This document shows, one piece after another, positions 20,212 to 30,018 of a stretch of DNA of 64,000 nt. Below the pieces are notes generated by a model, which did not search any database, was not told the DNA's origin, and was given only the letters and a program-made list of their open reading frames with translations. Source of the stretch: Patescibacteria group bacterium (GTDB lineage Bacteria; Patescibacteriota; WWE3; UBA101185; 2-01-FULL-41-18); NCBI GenBank assembly GCA_038064575.1, contig JBBTST010000008.1, positions 2,458-66,457 on the forward strand, given 5' to 3'. Each line of letters opens with the position of its first letter. Position 1 is the first letter of the stretch. The position numbers were made by a program, and so were the translations under genes.

Positions 20212-20559
20212 TTAGCTAAAACCACGACCCTTTCTGATCGCCTCGCCTTTTCCCCAAGGTGATTTATCATCTCCCATATCTACAGGAGATACCGACGCTA
20301 GCCCTACAACAAGCGGCGGTCTGTCTGAGGGCTTTTCAGGTTCAAAGACAACCTCTGCTATCCAGTAACCGGCAACCGGATAGGCATATCTATTGAGAGT
20401 ATCTTTCCCCTCTACAAACCTGACCTGCCTGAATTCATCATAAGAGGCAAGTACGCCCTCGCCATATTCACTGGCAAACCATGTCGGCCTGATTCGATTA
20501 TCTGGCACACCATAGCTGCCAGTAGTAGTGCTGACTACTATTATGTCTCCAACAGCCAT
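20212..20559 (-). CDS. Hypothetical protein
   Basis: ORF with SD AAAGGAG, preceded by motif A. Confidence 0.7.
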   Translation of the reverse strand: MAVGDIIVVSTTTGSYGVPDNRIRPTWFASEYGEGVLASYDEFRQVRFVEGKDTLNRYAYPVAGYWIAEVVFEPEKPSDRPPLVVGLASVSPVDMGDDKSPWGKGEAIRKGRGFS

Positions 20560-20599
20560 CTTCAATCTCCTTTCTGGTTAATCAACCAGACCATCAATC

Positions 20600-20686
20600 T
20601 CACCCACAAGCTCCTTAGCTTGTGAACGGATTTCTGGAATCCACCAAGCGCTAACCTTCCAATAACAAGTGAATCCCAAAAATCCT
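20600..20686 (-). repeat. Motif A copy 2
   Basis: Sense GGATTTTTGGGATTCAC..GGTGGATTCCAGAAATCC-GTTCACAAGCT..AGCTTGTGGGTG. Confidence 0.85.
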
Positions 20687-20996
20687 GGCGCATGAACGAT
20701 GTTTTACACATTCATTTCATGGCCGCCTCAAGTTTTCAAAAGAAAAATTGAGGGAGGATTTTAGTTAGTCTCGCCTAGTGTTTCTCTATCCTCTTACGAG
20801 TGTCACTAGACGCTGTTGGCTATCTCAAAGGTTTCTATTAAAGACCCCAATGAGTTTTCGAATCCAACAGTTTGCCGCATGCGGTATTTCGAAAGACCGC
20901 GGGTGGTTTGGTTTTAACCTTTCCTGGATCGATCCACCATTTCCAGAACCAAAACTTATCGCCTCCTTGTTAAGGGTCGGGCGCCTTGGCCGGGTA

Positions 20997-21545
20997 TTAG
21001 TGAGGCCAGCAGGGGCTGTGCTGGGATTCAGACCAATCGTCCCCATAACGAACCCAGTATGGGTCCAAGCAAGAACTTCCCTGCCTCACAACTGCGGGGT
21101 GTGCGAGTGCCCACATCCCTGTGCAGAACTGCTCAGCTGCAGCTTTGGCTCCCTCAAGTGTGAGGAAGCCTAGAACTTCTGGCTCGTAATTTCTTACCAG
21201 AAAACCCCCTCCCCCACAGATAAAACCGGGGAGGAATTGCGGGCCTTTGAGAACTAAATCGAGGGTTTTCATAACTGCTCCCGGAACAAAGTCCTCTTCA
21301 AGCCAGAGAAGTTTACAAGTACCATAACGATGACTCTCAGTCACCTCAACAATGGCAACAGGAACTCCACTCTGGAGGAGCACATAGTACTCCCAATTAT
21401 ATGGTGCTGTGCAATTAGTCCACACAAACACCAATTCCCCCTCTTTCGGAACGAGTGAGGAAGGGAGATAATGGGCGTTCCCCTCTTCTACCTCCAAGCC
21501 AAATAGTTCTTGGCTTGGGTTGTTAAGCCCCAAAAACTTTCTCAT
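20997..21545 (-). CDS. Hypothetical protein
   Basis: 182-aa ORF with an AAAGGA SD-like site. Confidence 0.65.
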   Translation of the reverse strand: MRKFLGLNNPSQELFGLEVEEGNAHYLPSSLVPKEGELVFVWTNCTAPYNWEYYVLLQSGVPVAIVEVTESHRYGTCKLLWLEEDFVPGAVMKTLDLVLKGPQFLPGFICGGGGFLVRNYEPEVLGFLTLEGAKAAAEQFCTGMWALAHPAVVRQGSSCLDPYWVRYGDDWSESQHSPCWPH

Positions 21546-21659
21546 TTTCCTTTATCCTTTTTTTGCCCTCCGGCTCATGACTTAAATTTCTAAGCCAAGT
21601 CCTTAATGGGCGGGTTAGTTGAAAATGAATTTTTAAAATCCACATTTTTACAATTGTTC

Positions 21660-22110
21660 CACAGTCACAATTGTGTAAATTATAAAAACCCATGCCCAAT
21701 CAAAAGCGTAAGAATACATGACAAGATTTCTAAGCTCAAAGCAAAGAAAAACAAGTCAGGATTACACCTTCTTCCAATTGGGCCGCGTCTTATCTTAAAT
21801 TCTCTACACCGGACAAAAGAAAATAAGATAAGAAAAGTTGATAGCCTTAGCAGACGAGCTATCTTGGGGATTCCGCTTACTTGGGGTTCACCGTGTTTTT
21901 GGTCTATCTCAAGGATAGCTCCACATCACGTTTCTAGTCCCTTTCTCTCGGATTACACCACGTCCTCCTTTAAGCAAGGTCAGAGGAGCACACTGGTTTT
22001 CAGCTCTCAGACAACCGCAAGCTCAAATTTCAAAACTGTAGTCGCCTTTGATCCTACTTCCAGATCACCCAACCGTTATCCGTTGGGGTTTGCCAAGTCT
22101 TTTTCTTAAC
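21660..22110 (-). pseudogene. Probable decayed ORF
   Basis: Protein-like minus-strand frame broken by several in-frame stops. Confidence 0.3.
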
Positions 22111-22198
22111 TTCCTTTCAATCGGCTTTGGACTTTGCATTTAAGCAAAACCCTGGCCAACTAGGAAGAAGTGCTTGGAGTACTTTTTTGCGGATTGAG

Positions 22199-22864
22199 CT
22201 ATAAACCCTCTACGATCTGTTTAGGGTCGTAAGGATAATCCCCAACCCAGCTACGAGGAATTTTATAGTAGCCATAGTGCTCTCCTCTTGCCGAAAGCAG
22301 AGAACTCATTTCCTTAGCTAATTCCTCATTTCGGAATTTCTCCATCAAGCTAACACAGAATTTCTTGATGGCTTCCACGGACAGGCCGGCTGTCAAACCG
22401 CTTACTATAGCGGTTGTGACCGGGTATTCGGACTGATACCACATAGTCCCATAAATACCCCCGCAGTTTGCCTTGAGCCCATTAGAGTCATGAGCCCATT
22501 CATTTAAGGCTCTGACCTTATCCACACACTGTTTTGCCTCAGCGTATGGGATCTTTGTCCATATGGCAGTGTAATATGCACTGCCACCGGAGAAACCGGA
22601 CTGAAATTCAATGTCCGGCTTTCCTAGTGCCCCTGTACTGTACCAACCATACTGCCGTTGGGCACCTTCAACAGCATAGTATGGACCGGTAACCTTGCGC
22701 AAAAACTGCGCTTTGCCGGATTTAGATTGACCTACGATTTTTACTTGGTAGGTCTCCCCAACTTTTGGCGCCCATCCCCTTTCAGGAAAGGACACCTTTC
22801 CCTCAATTCGGGCAATGACTCCGTCATGGCCCTTAAAGAAGGTGGCAAAGATCATTTCTGCCAT
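22199..22864 (-). CDS. Hypothetical protein with N-terminal TRAM/OB-like segment
   Basis: GVIARIEGKVSF...PKVGETYQVKI; SD AAGGAG. Confidence 0.7.
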   Translation of the reverse strand: MAEMIFATFFKGHDGVIARIEGKVSFPERGWAPKVGETYQVKIVGQSKSGKAQFLRKVTGPYYAVEGAQRQYGWYSTGALGKPDIEFQSGFSGGSAYYTAIWTKIPYAEAKQCVDKVRALNEWAHDSNGLKANCGGIYGTMWYQSEYPVTTAIVSGLTAGLSVEAIKKFCVSLMEKFRNEELAKEMSSLLSARGEHYGYYKIPRSWVGDYPYDPKQIVEGL

Positions 22865-23905
22865 TTTCCTTTTCTCCTTTTCTTTTTTTGAATAATTCTC
22901 AAACCTCAAGTTCAAAACCACTCTTGAAGTCTGGGAATCAGAGTCGAAAATACAACAGTGTGCACTTTCGACTCTTTAACGAACGCAATTCAGTTATGTG
23001 AGGAGGACATAACCAAAGGAGCGCTCGGAACTTTTTGAAACTTCAGGTAAGCTTGCCACCACGGCCCTGCAGCAGCGCTTCTTAGGGCTTCTTGTTAATT
23101 TTTTCGTTTCATCCGGGCGATTGATGTTACATATGGCTTTACCCCCGGAGCTTACGCTTTGCACACCTGAAGTTCTAGTTTAGATAAAGGGTATCCTTGA
23201 ATCCCCTAGAGTTTCCTTACAGCCGTGTACTCGAACTCGAATGTACAGGGCTGCAAGCCTCCCGATTCATCAAGACAGGGAGAGTTGGGACACAGCAGTT
23301 TTTTGGGCAATCTTTGCAGGGATTACTTAAACTCCGCTGTGCGGACTCATGATTTCCCGTTTGGCCCCGTGCTTCTTCTTTATCCCAAATACACCGGTCA
23401 CCCGAACGTAGCAGAATAAAGATGCATCACACAGGACGGGAAATCTGCCATTTCTGCCTCTCCTTTTCCCCTTTACCTTTGATTACCTCTACCAACGACT
23501 TGTGAGCAGTAAAGACAATTAAAGATAAAGGGGAACATTTTTTGCGTTTTCGTAAAATTCTAAAATCTAACAGCAAATCTGTTGAATTCCAGAATTTTAC
23601 CTCCTAGCATCACATATAGTGAAAGTAAGAAATTTTCACGACTTCTGAAAATCTCCCACTGCTAAGAGGCGACATATAGCCCAATAAAACATCCGATGGT
23701 CCCTTCCCTTCTCTCTCCACTTAAGGCTGCACGCTTCCTTCTCCAATCTCATGATTAGGAGCTAGTACGCTATGGCAATAAGTTTCATTGAAAGAGGGTA
23801 CTATACCATCATTTTTTTCAGTCTTATTTTGCTATAACCCCTTCAGCAACTCGCTGATTATGTTGACAGGCTGAGGATACAGCCCCGAGTCTTAGTCAGT
23901 GTCGG

Positions 23906-24238
23906 CTAGGCCTCGACCTCCCACAACCCAAAGGCAAAGGTCGCCTTTGAGATCTCTTCGTCCGTAAATTCGCGAGTCTCCCGAGGGAGTCCGCGGACGG
24001 ACATAACGATGACCTTGTCCTCTACCCCTAAGGAAACCTTGGGGGCAACTTCGGGAACGGACACCTCAATCCCATGCTTCACCCTCAACGCAGCCAACGT
24101 ATTGGCATGCGATGGGTTGCAGCACGAAACGGCCGTGGGGGCCATGGATTTAACTTCCTCCACCGTCAACTGGCGGCGGGAGAAGCTACCAGACTGCGGA
24201 AACATTGAGTCCGCAATCGCCAAACCAATGTAAATCAT
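23906..24238 (-). CDS. Divergent DUF1874 / STIV-B116 (AcrIII-1/Crn2 ring-nuclease)-like protein
   Basis: Pattern IYIGLAIADSMF..LTVEEVK..SCCNPSHANT..GIEV..VSLGVEDKVIV..GLPRE..TDEEI..FGLWEV parallels the family layout. Confidence 0.55.
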   Translation of the reverse strand: MIYIGLAIADSMFPQSGSFSRRQLTVEEVKSMAPTAVSCCNPSHANTLAALRVKHGIEVSVPEVAPKVSLGVEDKVIVMSVRGLPRETREFTDEEISKATFAFGLWEVEA

Positions 24239-24303
24239 TTCTTCCTCCACCCAGGTTAGGTTTTAGGCTTGAGAGCCAGAACCTGGGCAATGCCCTTACG
24301 AGC
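24239..24303 (-). repeat. Motif B copy 1 (SD-adjacent hairpin leader)
   Basis: Sense CTCGTAAGGG..CCCAGGTT CTGGCT..AGCC..AACCTGGG-TGGAGGAAG. Confidence 0.8.
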
Positions 24304-24488
24304 TTTGCAGAGGACTTCGATTTCGGTGAAGACCGCCTCATTTGAGGAATCAATCGGCAAACATATTCCCGACTCATTTCTCAAATAGGCATCTTCCTCA
24401 CTTCAATTAACACGGTTTATCCAAACTCACTTAAATGAACTTAGATAAACCGTTTGCCTTCAAGATTTCTCTCAGGCAAGCGGTCCCT

Positions 24489-24827
24489 TTACTTTTTCTT
24501 CCTCCTATAGTATCCACCCAGCTTACTCCTCAAGAAGTTTTTCTCTCCATCGGAGGCTCTCGGGTAGAAAAATCTGCCAATCCACCATCCGGCACAAAAT
24601 GCAACTAATAAGTGCCAGTGGCTCCAGCTTACAAAAAAAAGCCAGGCGGACAGACCTGTCGTGGTAACACCAAACAAATCCGACATCAAAAACCGGAACA
24701 GATGCCGGAAAAACAACCGATCGTGCCACGACTCCCAAAATCGGTTGCTATACCTCACCTGGATCCACCCAGAATTCAGAGCGTATCCAAAGAGGACGAA
24801 AACGCCGATGGAAATCAACGTTTCCAT
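24489..24827 (-). CDS. Small membrane protein
   Basis: Three hydrophobic segments, basic tail, SD GGAGG. Confidence 0.7.
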   Translation of the reverse strand: METLISIGVFVLFGYALNSGWIQVRYSNRFWESWHDRLFFRHLFRFLMSDLFGVTTTGLSAWLFFVSWSHWHLLVAFCAGWWIGRFFYPRASDGEKNFLRSKLGGYYRRKKK

Positions 24828-24891
24828 TCTTCCTCCGCCCGGATCTTAATTTTTGGCTCAAAAGCCAGAACCCGAGAGTACCCTTACGAGC
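24828..24891 (-). repeat. Motif B copy 2
   Basis: Sense CTCGTAAGGG..CTCGGGTTCTGGCT..AGCC..AGATCCGGG-CGGAGGAAG. Confidence 0.8.
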
Positions 24892-25346
24892 CTTAAGCGG
24901 AGAAAACAATCTGCAACAAAACCACCTTGCAAACTGGTTTCCAAGCTTACACCAGAATCAAAAATAACCTGGCCTTTATAACCCCAGAAGTCCTATCTTA
25001 CTTCTAGGGCTATAAAGACCGCCTAACGCAAACTGCCCGCTCACTGATACAGTCAAGGGAGCGTCCACATGAAAACAAATATTGCTCATCTCCGTTAGGC
25101 TTTTGCTAAATCGCACACAAACTGTACTTAGACAGTGATGGATCCAGCAAAGAAAGCAAAATCATATTTTCAACAGCCCTGGTTATTGGAATGGCAGATA
25201 CGAAACTCTCGATGCTTTGTCGAGTTAGCCTGATTTGTTGAAACAAAGTGGTAGTGTCGAACGGTAGTTAGCCGCGCGATTTTCCCTTTTGCCCCAAATC
25301 GTATCTTTTCTTACTTTTTCAGTTTTAATGAACGAAACCCAAAATC

Positions 25347-25417
25347 TCACCCATAAACCCGTGTTTATGAATGTATTTCTGAAATCCACCCTATCCAAAA
25401 GGTGAATCCCAAAAATC
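25347..25417 (-). repeat. Motif A copy 3
   Basis: Sense GATTTTTGGGATTCACC..GGTGGATTTCAGAAAT-ACATTCATAAAC..GTTTATGGGTG. Confidence 0.85.
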
Positions 25418-25763
25418 AGCCTCCGAACAAAGCGTTATACTTAGTGTTCAGAGCCAAAGAGAGGGAAAAGTGCATGTTTCAACTTCGCCCACTCCAGCAA
25501 AAAAGGTTTCATTATCCTCAAGCATGCGCTTGATATCGGACCACAATCTCAAAACCTCCTCCCAAAATAGCAAGCTCATGTTGCTTAGTTTGGGATTGAA
25601 AATCAGTCCGTCGCCGATTCGGTTTGTCACCCACTAATTCCTACCCAAGCAGAAAAGCGGATCAAAGGCCTCAACGAAGCTTTTTAGCGTCTGGCCAACC
25701 TGAGACAGTCTTAAACAAAATTCCATCTGTAGAATTCTGCGGTCAACTGACAACCACTAAAAC

Positions 25764-26189
25764 TTAAGCGTCCCGCCCGTCAGGATATTTTTTGCAGACG
25801 GTGCACCAACCTCCTCTCTGAACTTCTCTTACAGAGGAGTGCTTATCGTCCAGTCCGTCATACCAAGTGTCAACTTCAGTGCGGACACGACGAACTTGTA
25901 TGTGAGTCGTCATCGCCAAGCAGTTCTTGCAGAAGAACTCCTCGGTGTTATTGCCCCACATACCTTTTGACTTGGGAAACGAAGCTTCAACGATTTCGTC
26001 TCCGGAGTCATTTAGGTAGACGATAATCGTATCGCCTTCCCTTGGGTTCCTCTTGCCAGCTGTTCTCCAGTCAAACGACTGGGGATGTAGCGGGAGGCTC
26101 AGAGGTCCCTCTTCAATCCGTACCAGCCAACCTTCCAAGTCGGCCCCGTCAGGGTCTGGTAAAACCAGGCCCCAGGTTTTTTTAGCCAT
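25764..26189 (-). CDS. Hypothetical protein with C-terminal zinc ribbon (CKNC...CTVC)
   Basis: Two CxxC pairs; SD AAAGGAG. Confidence 0.7.
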   Translation of the reverse strand: MAKKTWGLVLPDPDGADLEGWLVRIEEGPLSLPLHPQSFDWRTAGKRNPREGDTIIVYLNDSGDEIVEASFPKSKGMWGNNTEEFFCKNCLAMTTHIQVRRVRTEVDTWYDGLDDKHSSVREVQRGGWCTVCKKYPDGRDA

Positions 26190-26494
26190 TTTTTTCTCCT
26201 TTCTTTGAAGGTTTCGCCTATGAACCAAATGGTAAGTTCACAAGCTAGGGTTGGCAAAAGCCTTTATATCCCGACTTTGCGAGAAACCCTTCCTGTTGGA
26301 AATTGCGGCATTTGGTAAAACTTAGCCAAAACAAATCTCCTTCGGGCACGACCAGACTCAAATCTCCTACGCTGAAAGCGCGGAAAATTAAATCCAAACG
26401 TGTCCGTCTAACACCCTAAAGTATACCGATGTTAGAGTGATCTCACTTTTCACCATAGTTGACAAACATTGCCAAAGTTTGTTAAGATCCCGTC

Positions 26495-26788
26495 ATGATG
26501 CAAACAGTAAACATTTCCCTAACTGAAGAGCAAACAAAGCTCGTTGACGAGATGTCGTCAAAACACGGCTTTGCTAATCGAAGCGAGTTTTTCCGAACCC
26601 TTCTGAGGATCCTCCTTTACAAACCAGAAATCATAAAGGAATCCGATCTTTTGCCTTTTGAATCCCCTGCCGTTAAGAGCTCGGACGCAATCTTAAAAAG
26701 CTTTAAAGATAGCAAAAAATACTCTAAAGGTTTCTTAAAAGACCTTGAAAGAGGGCTTAAAGAAAGCAGCTATTTTGACAAGAAATGA
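26495..26788 (+). CDS. RHH antitoxin
   Basis: QTVNISLT...NRSEFFR; TTGACA/TAAGAT promoter. Confidence 0.88.
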   Translation: MMQTVNISLTEEQTKLVDEMSSKHGFANRSEFFRTLLRILLYKPEIIKESDLLPFESPAVKSSDAILKSFKDSKKYSKGFLKDLERGLKESSYFDKK

Positions 26789-27036
26789 AAATTCTTCCAC
26801 TTTCTCCTACCGTCTCAAAATATCTTCAGAGTCATAACTTAATCAAAAAATACAAAAAACAAGTAAAACTTTTAGAAGAAGATATGCACTATCCAAGTCT
26901 AAACGTGGAATTGTTAGAACCTAAAGTGAATAGAATTTATAGCTTTAGACTAGATATTAAGTATAGAACCCTGTTCATTTTCCGAGACGACTTAAACGCG
27001 ATAGAAATCCTGTCAATAACAAAGCATTATCAGTAA
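26785..27036 (+). CDS. RelE/YafQ-like mRNA interferase toxin
   Basis: HYPSLNVELL...IYSFRLDIKYRTLF...ITKHYQ; ATGA overlap with the antitoxin. Confidence 0.85.
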   Translation: MKILPLSPTVSKYLQSHNLIKKYKKQVKLLEEDMHYPSLNVELLEPKVNRIYSFRLDIKYRTLFIFRDDLNAIEILSITKHYQ

Positions 27037-27825
27037 ATACCCCGGCTTCCTTCGGGTACGGCCGGTTTCAATCTCCACCGGTAGCCAACAACCATTAGCA
27101 TCCCCGCTATAAAGAAGCTGGCCGTGAAATAAGCTGTTTTTAGCACGGCGGGCCTCCTTTCTGTCTAACCAAGTTTGGTTTTCCTCATTTGAGGAACCTG
27201 GAAAGACTTTATCAAAACCTAATACTCCTTTGCGGTAGCAGGCTTGGATAAAGTGGAAATTAAGAACTGCTTTTATTTCCACAGTGGCCACTTTGTGCAC
27301 TTTAAGTTGTGCAAGGATACCAAGCCTTTTATATTTTCGGGGTAATGATTGGCTCATCGGCGCGTCACCGTATCTCTCTTCTCAAGCATCGCACGCTTAA
27401 GAAAGGAACGGGTCTGGCGAACGACTCCCCTCAACCCCTAATCAATGCCTTTCATAAGGCACTGGTCCCGAGCGATACCCTGTGGATCATCGCGTAACTC
27501 ATCAGCTAGTTGCTGACGGCGCTCCCCAGGAAGGGCTTCTCGGCGGATTTCGGCGCGGTAAAAACTAAATCCGTTTCTTCATCCGTCTAAACTCTTTAAG
27601 TTACTAAAGAGCTTAAGACCGATAAAAAAAGGCATTTCTAAGATCACAAATTCTTATGAGCTTAGAAATGGGGGGATATCAGGTTTATGACCTAGTACAT
27701 CCCCCAGTAATAGCAGATTTAATTTCCACCTAAGTTGTTTACGGAGTAATTGTGGAAACACTCCGAGCACATAGAAATTAAGCCCTGCTTAATTCCAGAT
27801 TTTACAGCGCTATTTTTAGAAGGGT

Positions 27826-28596
27826 CTAAGCGTGTTGCTTACTTTGACCCTTCCCCCTCTTAGCTTTCTTACCCGTGGCCTTTTTCTTCTTCCCCATGCC
27901 CTCAATTTTGATGATGGAGAAGGTCGGATCCACCCAGGCGTCACCAGCGGCGGCTCTCGAGGTCAAAGCGGTAGCCCTGGCCAATTCAACGGCCGCGGCA
28001 TTCTCAGCCTTGGCATTGAGAGAGGCTTCGGAAACTTCGGGCTCGTACTTTTCGTGCCCATTACCTTTAACCTCCAACCTCTGACCGCTGCTAAACCGAC
28101 GATCTGATTTCAATACCAGACCAACTACCGCAGCCAGACTTGTCTCGTCCCTATCCGCTTCGATCTTGCGACGGATCGATTGGCGGAGATTGACAACCGC
28201 TTTCTTAGCCTGTCGAGCCAAGGCGATTTTTGCCTTCAAAGACTTCTCACCTTTGGCTTCGACCAGCAGACGCTGGGCGAAGGAGAAGTCCAGGTGCCAA
28301 CCATTGAATTCGACCATGGACTCTTCCATCTCAACCGCGATCTCCGCGATCAAGACGGGGAGTTCTACGCGGTTGGCCAGTTCAACGGCCTCCCACGCAA
28401 GCTTGGTGGCGTGGCCAGTGTTTTGGGCGAGGACGGCTTCGTCAAACTTAATCCCTGCCTCGCCAAGGGCGAAAGCCACATCGGCGTCCAACCTCGCAAC
28501 CGGAGTACAATGTTGAACAATTGATTGGAAAATCCTCCTAGGCAACTCAAAGCCCGCGGGGTCAACCTTACCATTGGAATTATTGTTCGCGTTCAT
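27826..28596 (-). CDS. Hypothetical Ala-rich helical protein with highly basic C-terminal tail
   Basis: GC-rich ORF; SD AAGGAGG; tail GKKKKATGKKAKRGKG. Confidence 0.75.
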   Translation of the reverse strand: MNANNNSNGKVDPAGFELPRRIFQSIVQHCTPVARLDADVAFALGEAGIKFDEAVLAQNTGHATKLAWEAVELANRVELPVLIAEIAVEMEESMVEFNGWHLDFSFAQRLLVEAKGEKSLKAKIALARQAKKAVVNLRQSIRRKIEADRDETSLAAVVGLVLKSDRRFSSGQRLEVKGNGHEKYEPEVSEASLNAKAENAAAVELARATALTSRAAAGDAWVDPTFSIIKIEGMGKKKKATGKKAKRGKGQSKQHA

Positions 28597-29404
28597 GGTA
28601 TCCTCCTTAGGGTCCAACCCTAAGTACTAAAAACATCTTGGCCCTAACATCTCGGCCAAGTTAAAAAGTTCGATTCCATTCTCCTTAAATCTCAGACCGC
28701 TAAGTCCAATCTTTAAGTTTTTCCTCAGCCGTTACCAGCTTTGGAACACACCGACGATGGATCGCCGGGGGCACTCGCCTCTCACCTTCGCCTCCGCGAC
28801 AGCAAAAAAACGCGCTGATCACGAACAAGACAAAAGTGTAAATAAAAGCGATTAAAACTTGGGTCTATGCCTATCTACGGCCTTCACCCAAGAGCCATTT
28901 TGCAAGCAAATCTCCGCGTCGGTCCAAGGTGCAAATCCCCGGATGACGACTTTGCGCTAGTCCTTATCCTCCCGTCTCTATCAGACCTTCAGGGAGTGCT
29001 CAACCACAGGACTAGATCAGAAGTTCATTTTTTGCGCTGGTCGTGGCTTCCCTAAAGGAAGCTCGCAAAAAACTTCTCCCTCAGGGAGCCTAACTTTCCG
29101 CCTATTACAAAACAAAAGCAGAAAGAAAGACCTTCTCCAAATTTCTTTGGAATCGCGGGTTTGTGGTTAACCCAACTTGATTTGATCGCCGGTTCAAGTC
29201 AGACCGTTATAACTTCATCCGTTTAAACTAAGCCTCAATCTTAAGCTCCAACCGATGGACTTATATAATACAGCTTTGAGGAAAGGATCAGCCTTGATAC
29301 TTAATAACAATCAGGAAAGCCTTTCGGCCGTCTGATAATAATCAGCATACAAAACCGCCCTTCCCTCTGGCTGTATAAAATCAAATTTCAATATATAGTC
29401 ATAT

Positions 29405-29611
29405 TTAATTGTCAAAGTTCTTTTTGAGCTTTTTGGCAAAATCAAAAAAAGAAACCGCCAAGGCCCAAAACAAATCTCTTCCAATCCTCTGGTTTAAATT
29501 CACAAACTGGCATCTTAGCAAAAATACGCAATTGAATGCGCTGTGTAATAGTGTTTGTAAACTTAAATAAGGGGAATAGAAAAGTCGCAGCGGGTTTGCC
29601 TTTGCGATCAT
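29405..29611 (-). CDS. Possible small ORF (first in the array)
   Basis: SD AGGAGG before MIAKANP. Confidence 0.35.
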   Translation of the reverse strand: MIAKANPLRLFYSPYLSLQTLLHSAFNCVFLLRCQFVNLNQRIGRDLFWALAVSFFDFAKKLKKNFDN

Positions 29612-29861
29612 CTCTCCTCCTCTTTTGTTGGGGCAACTCTGCCCCACTCCGGGTAACAAAAAAGCCAGGATCTAATGAGATTCCCTAAACTTAACCGCCG
29701 ACCAAAAGCTCGATTTATAAAAAGCTTGAGAGCTTTGTGCGAAAGTAAAGAAATTTCGTTAGATCCTGGCCTTCTTAGAACTTCTATGAATTTCAGGTTT
29801 ACTAAAGACGCTGATTTGACAATCTTTAGATAGGCTCAAGATCATCTGCGTGAACAAAAGT

Positions 29862-29890
29862 ATAGTACTATAGGATTGAACTCTTGTCAA
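29862..29890 (-). promoter_or_regulatory. Sigma70-type promoter at the head of the minus-strand array
   Basis: TTGACA-N17-TACTAT. Confidence 0.65.
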
Positions 29891-30018
29891 GGGTTGCAGC
29901 GTAAAGATAGGTTCCAAAGTAATCTGCCACCAAGTCAGCACAAGCACAGCCTATCACATATTCTACATATATACTAAATATCTTTACTTAACTACATAAA
30001 TATGATATAAATTTGTAT

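Noticed and set aside
15054-26436. attC-like YCTAAC...GTTAGR ends (15054, 15458, 19898, 25021, 26407) suggesting a classical integron
   Set aside because: Most are too short (30-50 bp), lack L-box/unpaired-spacer geometry and are not at gene ends. No intI is in the window, and such matches are plausible by chance among many hairpins. IntegronFinder would settle it.
14770-29890. Plasmid leading-region ssDNA promoters (Frpo) as the explanation for the hairpins
   Set aside because: Wobble bias mostly favours the sense strand rather than the template strand, and no relaxase or oriT is seen.
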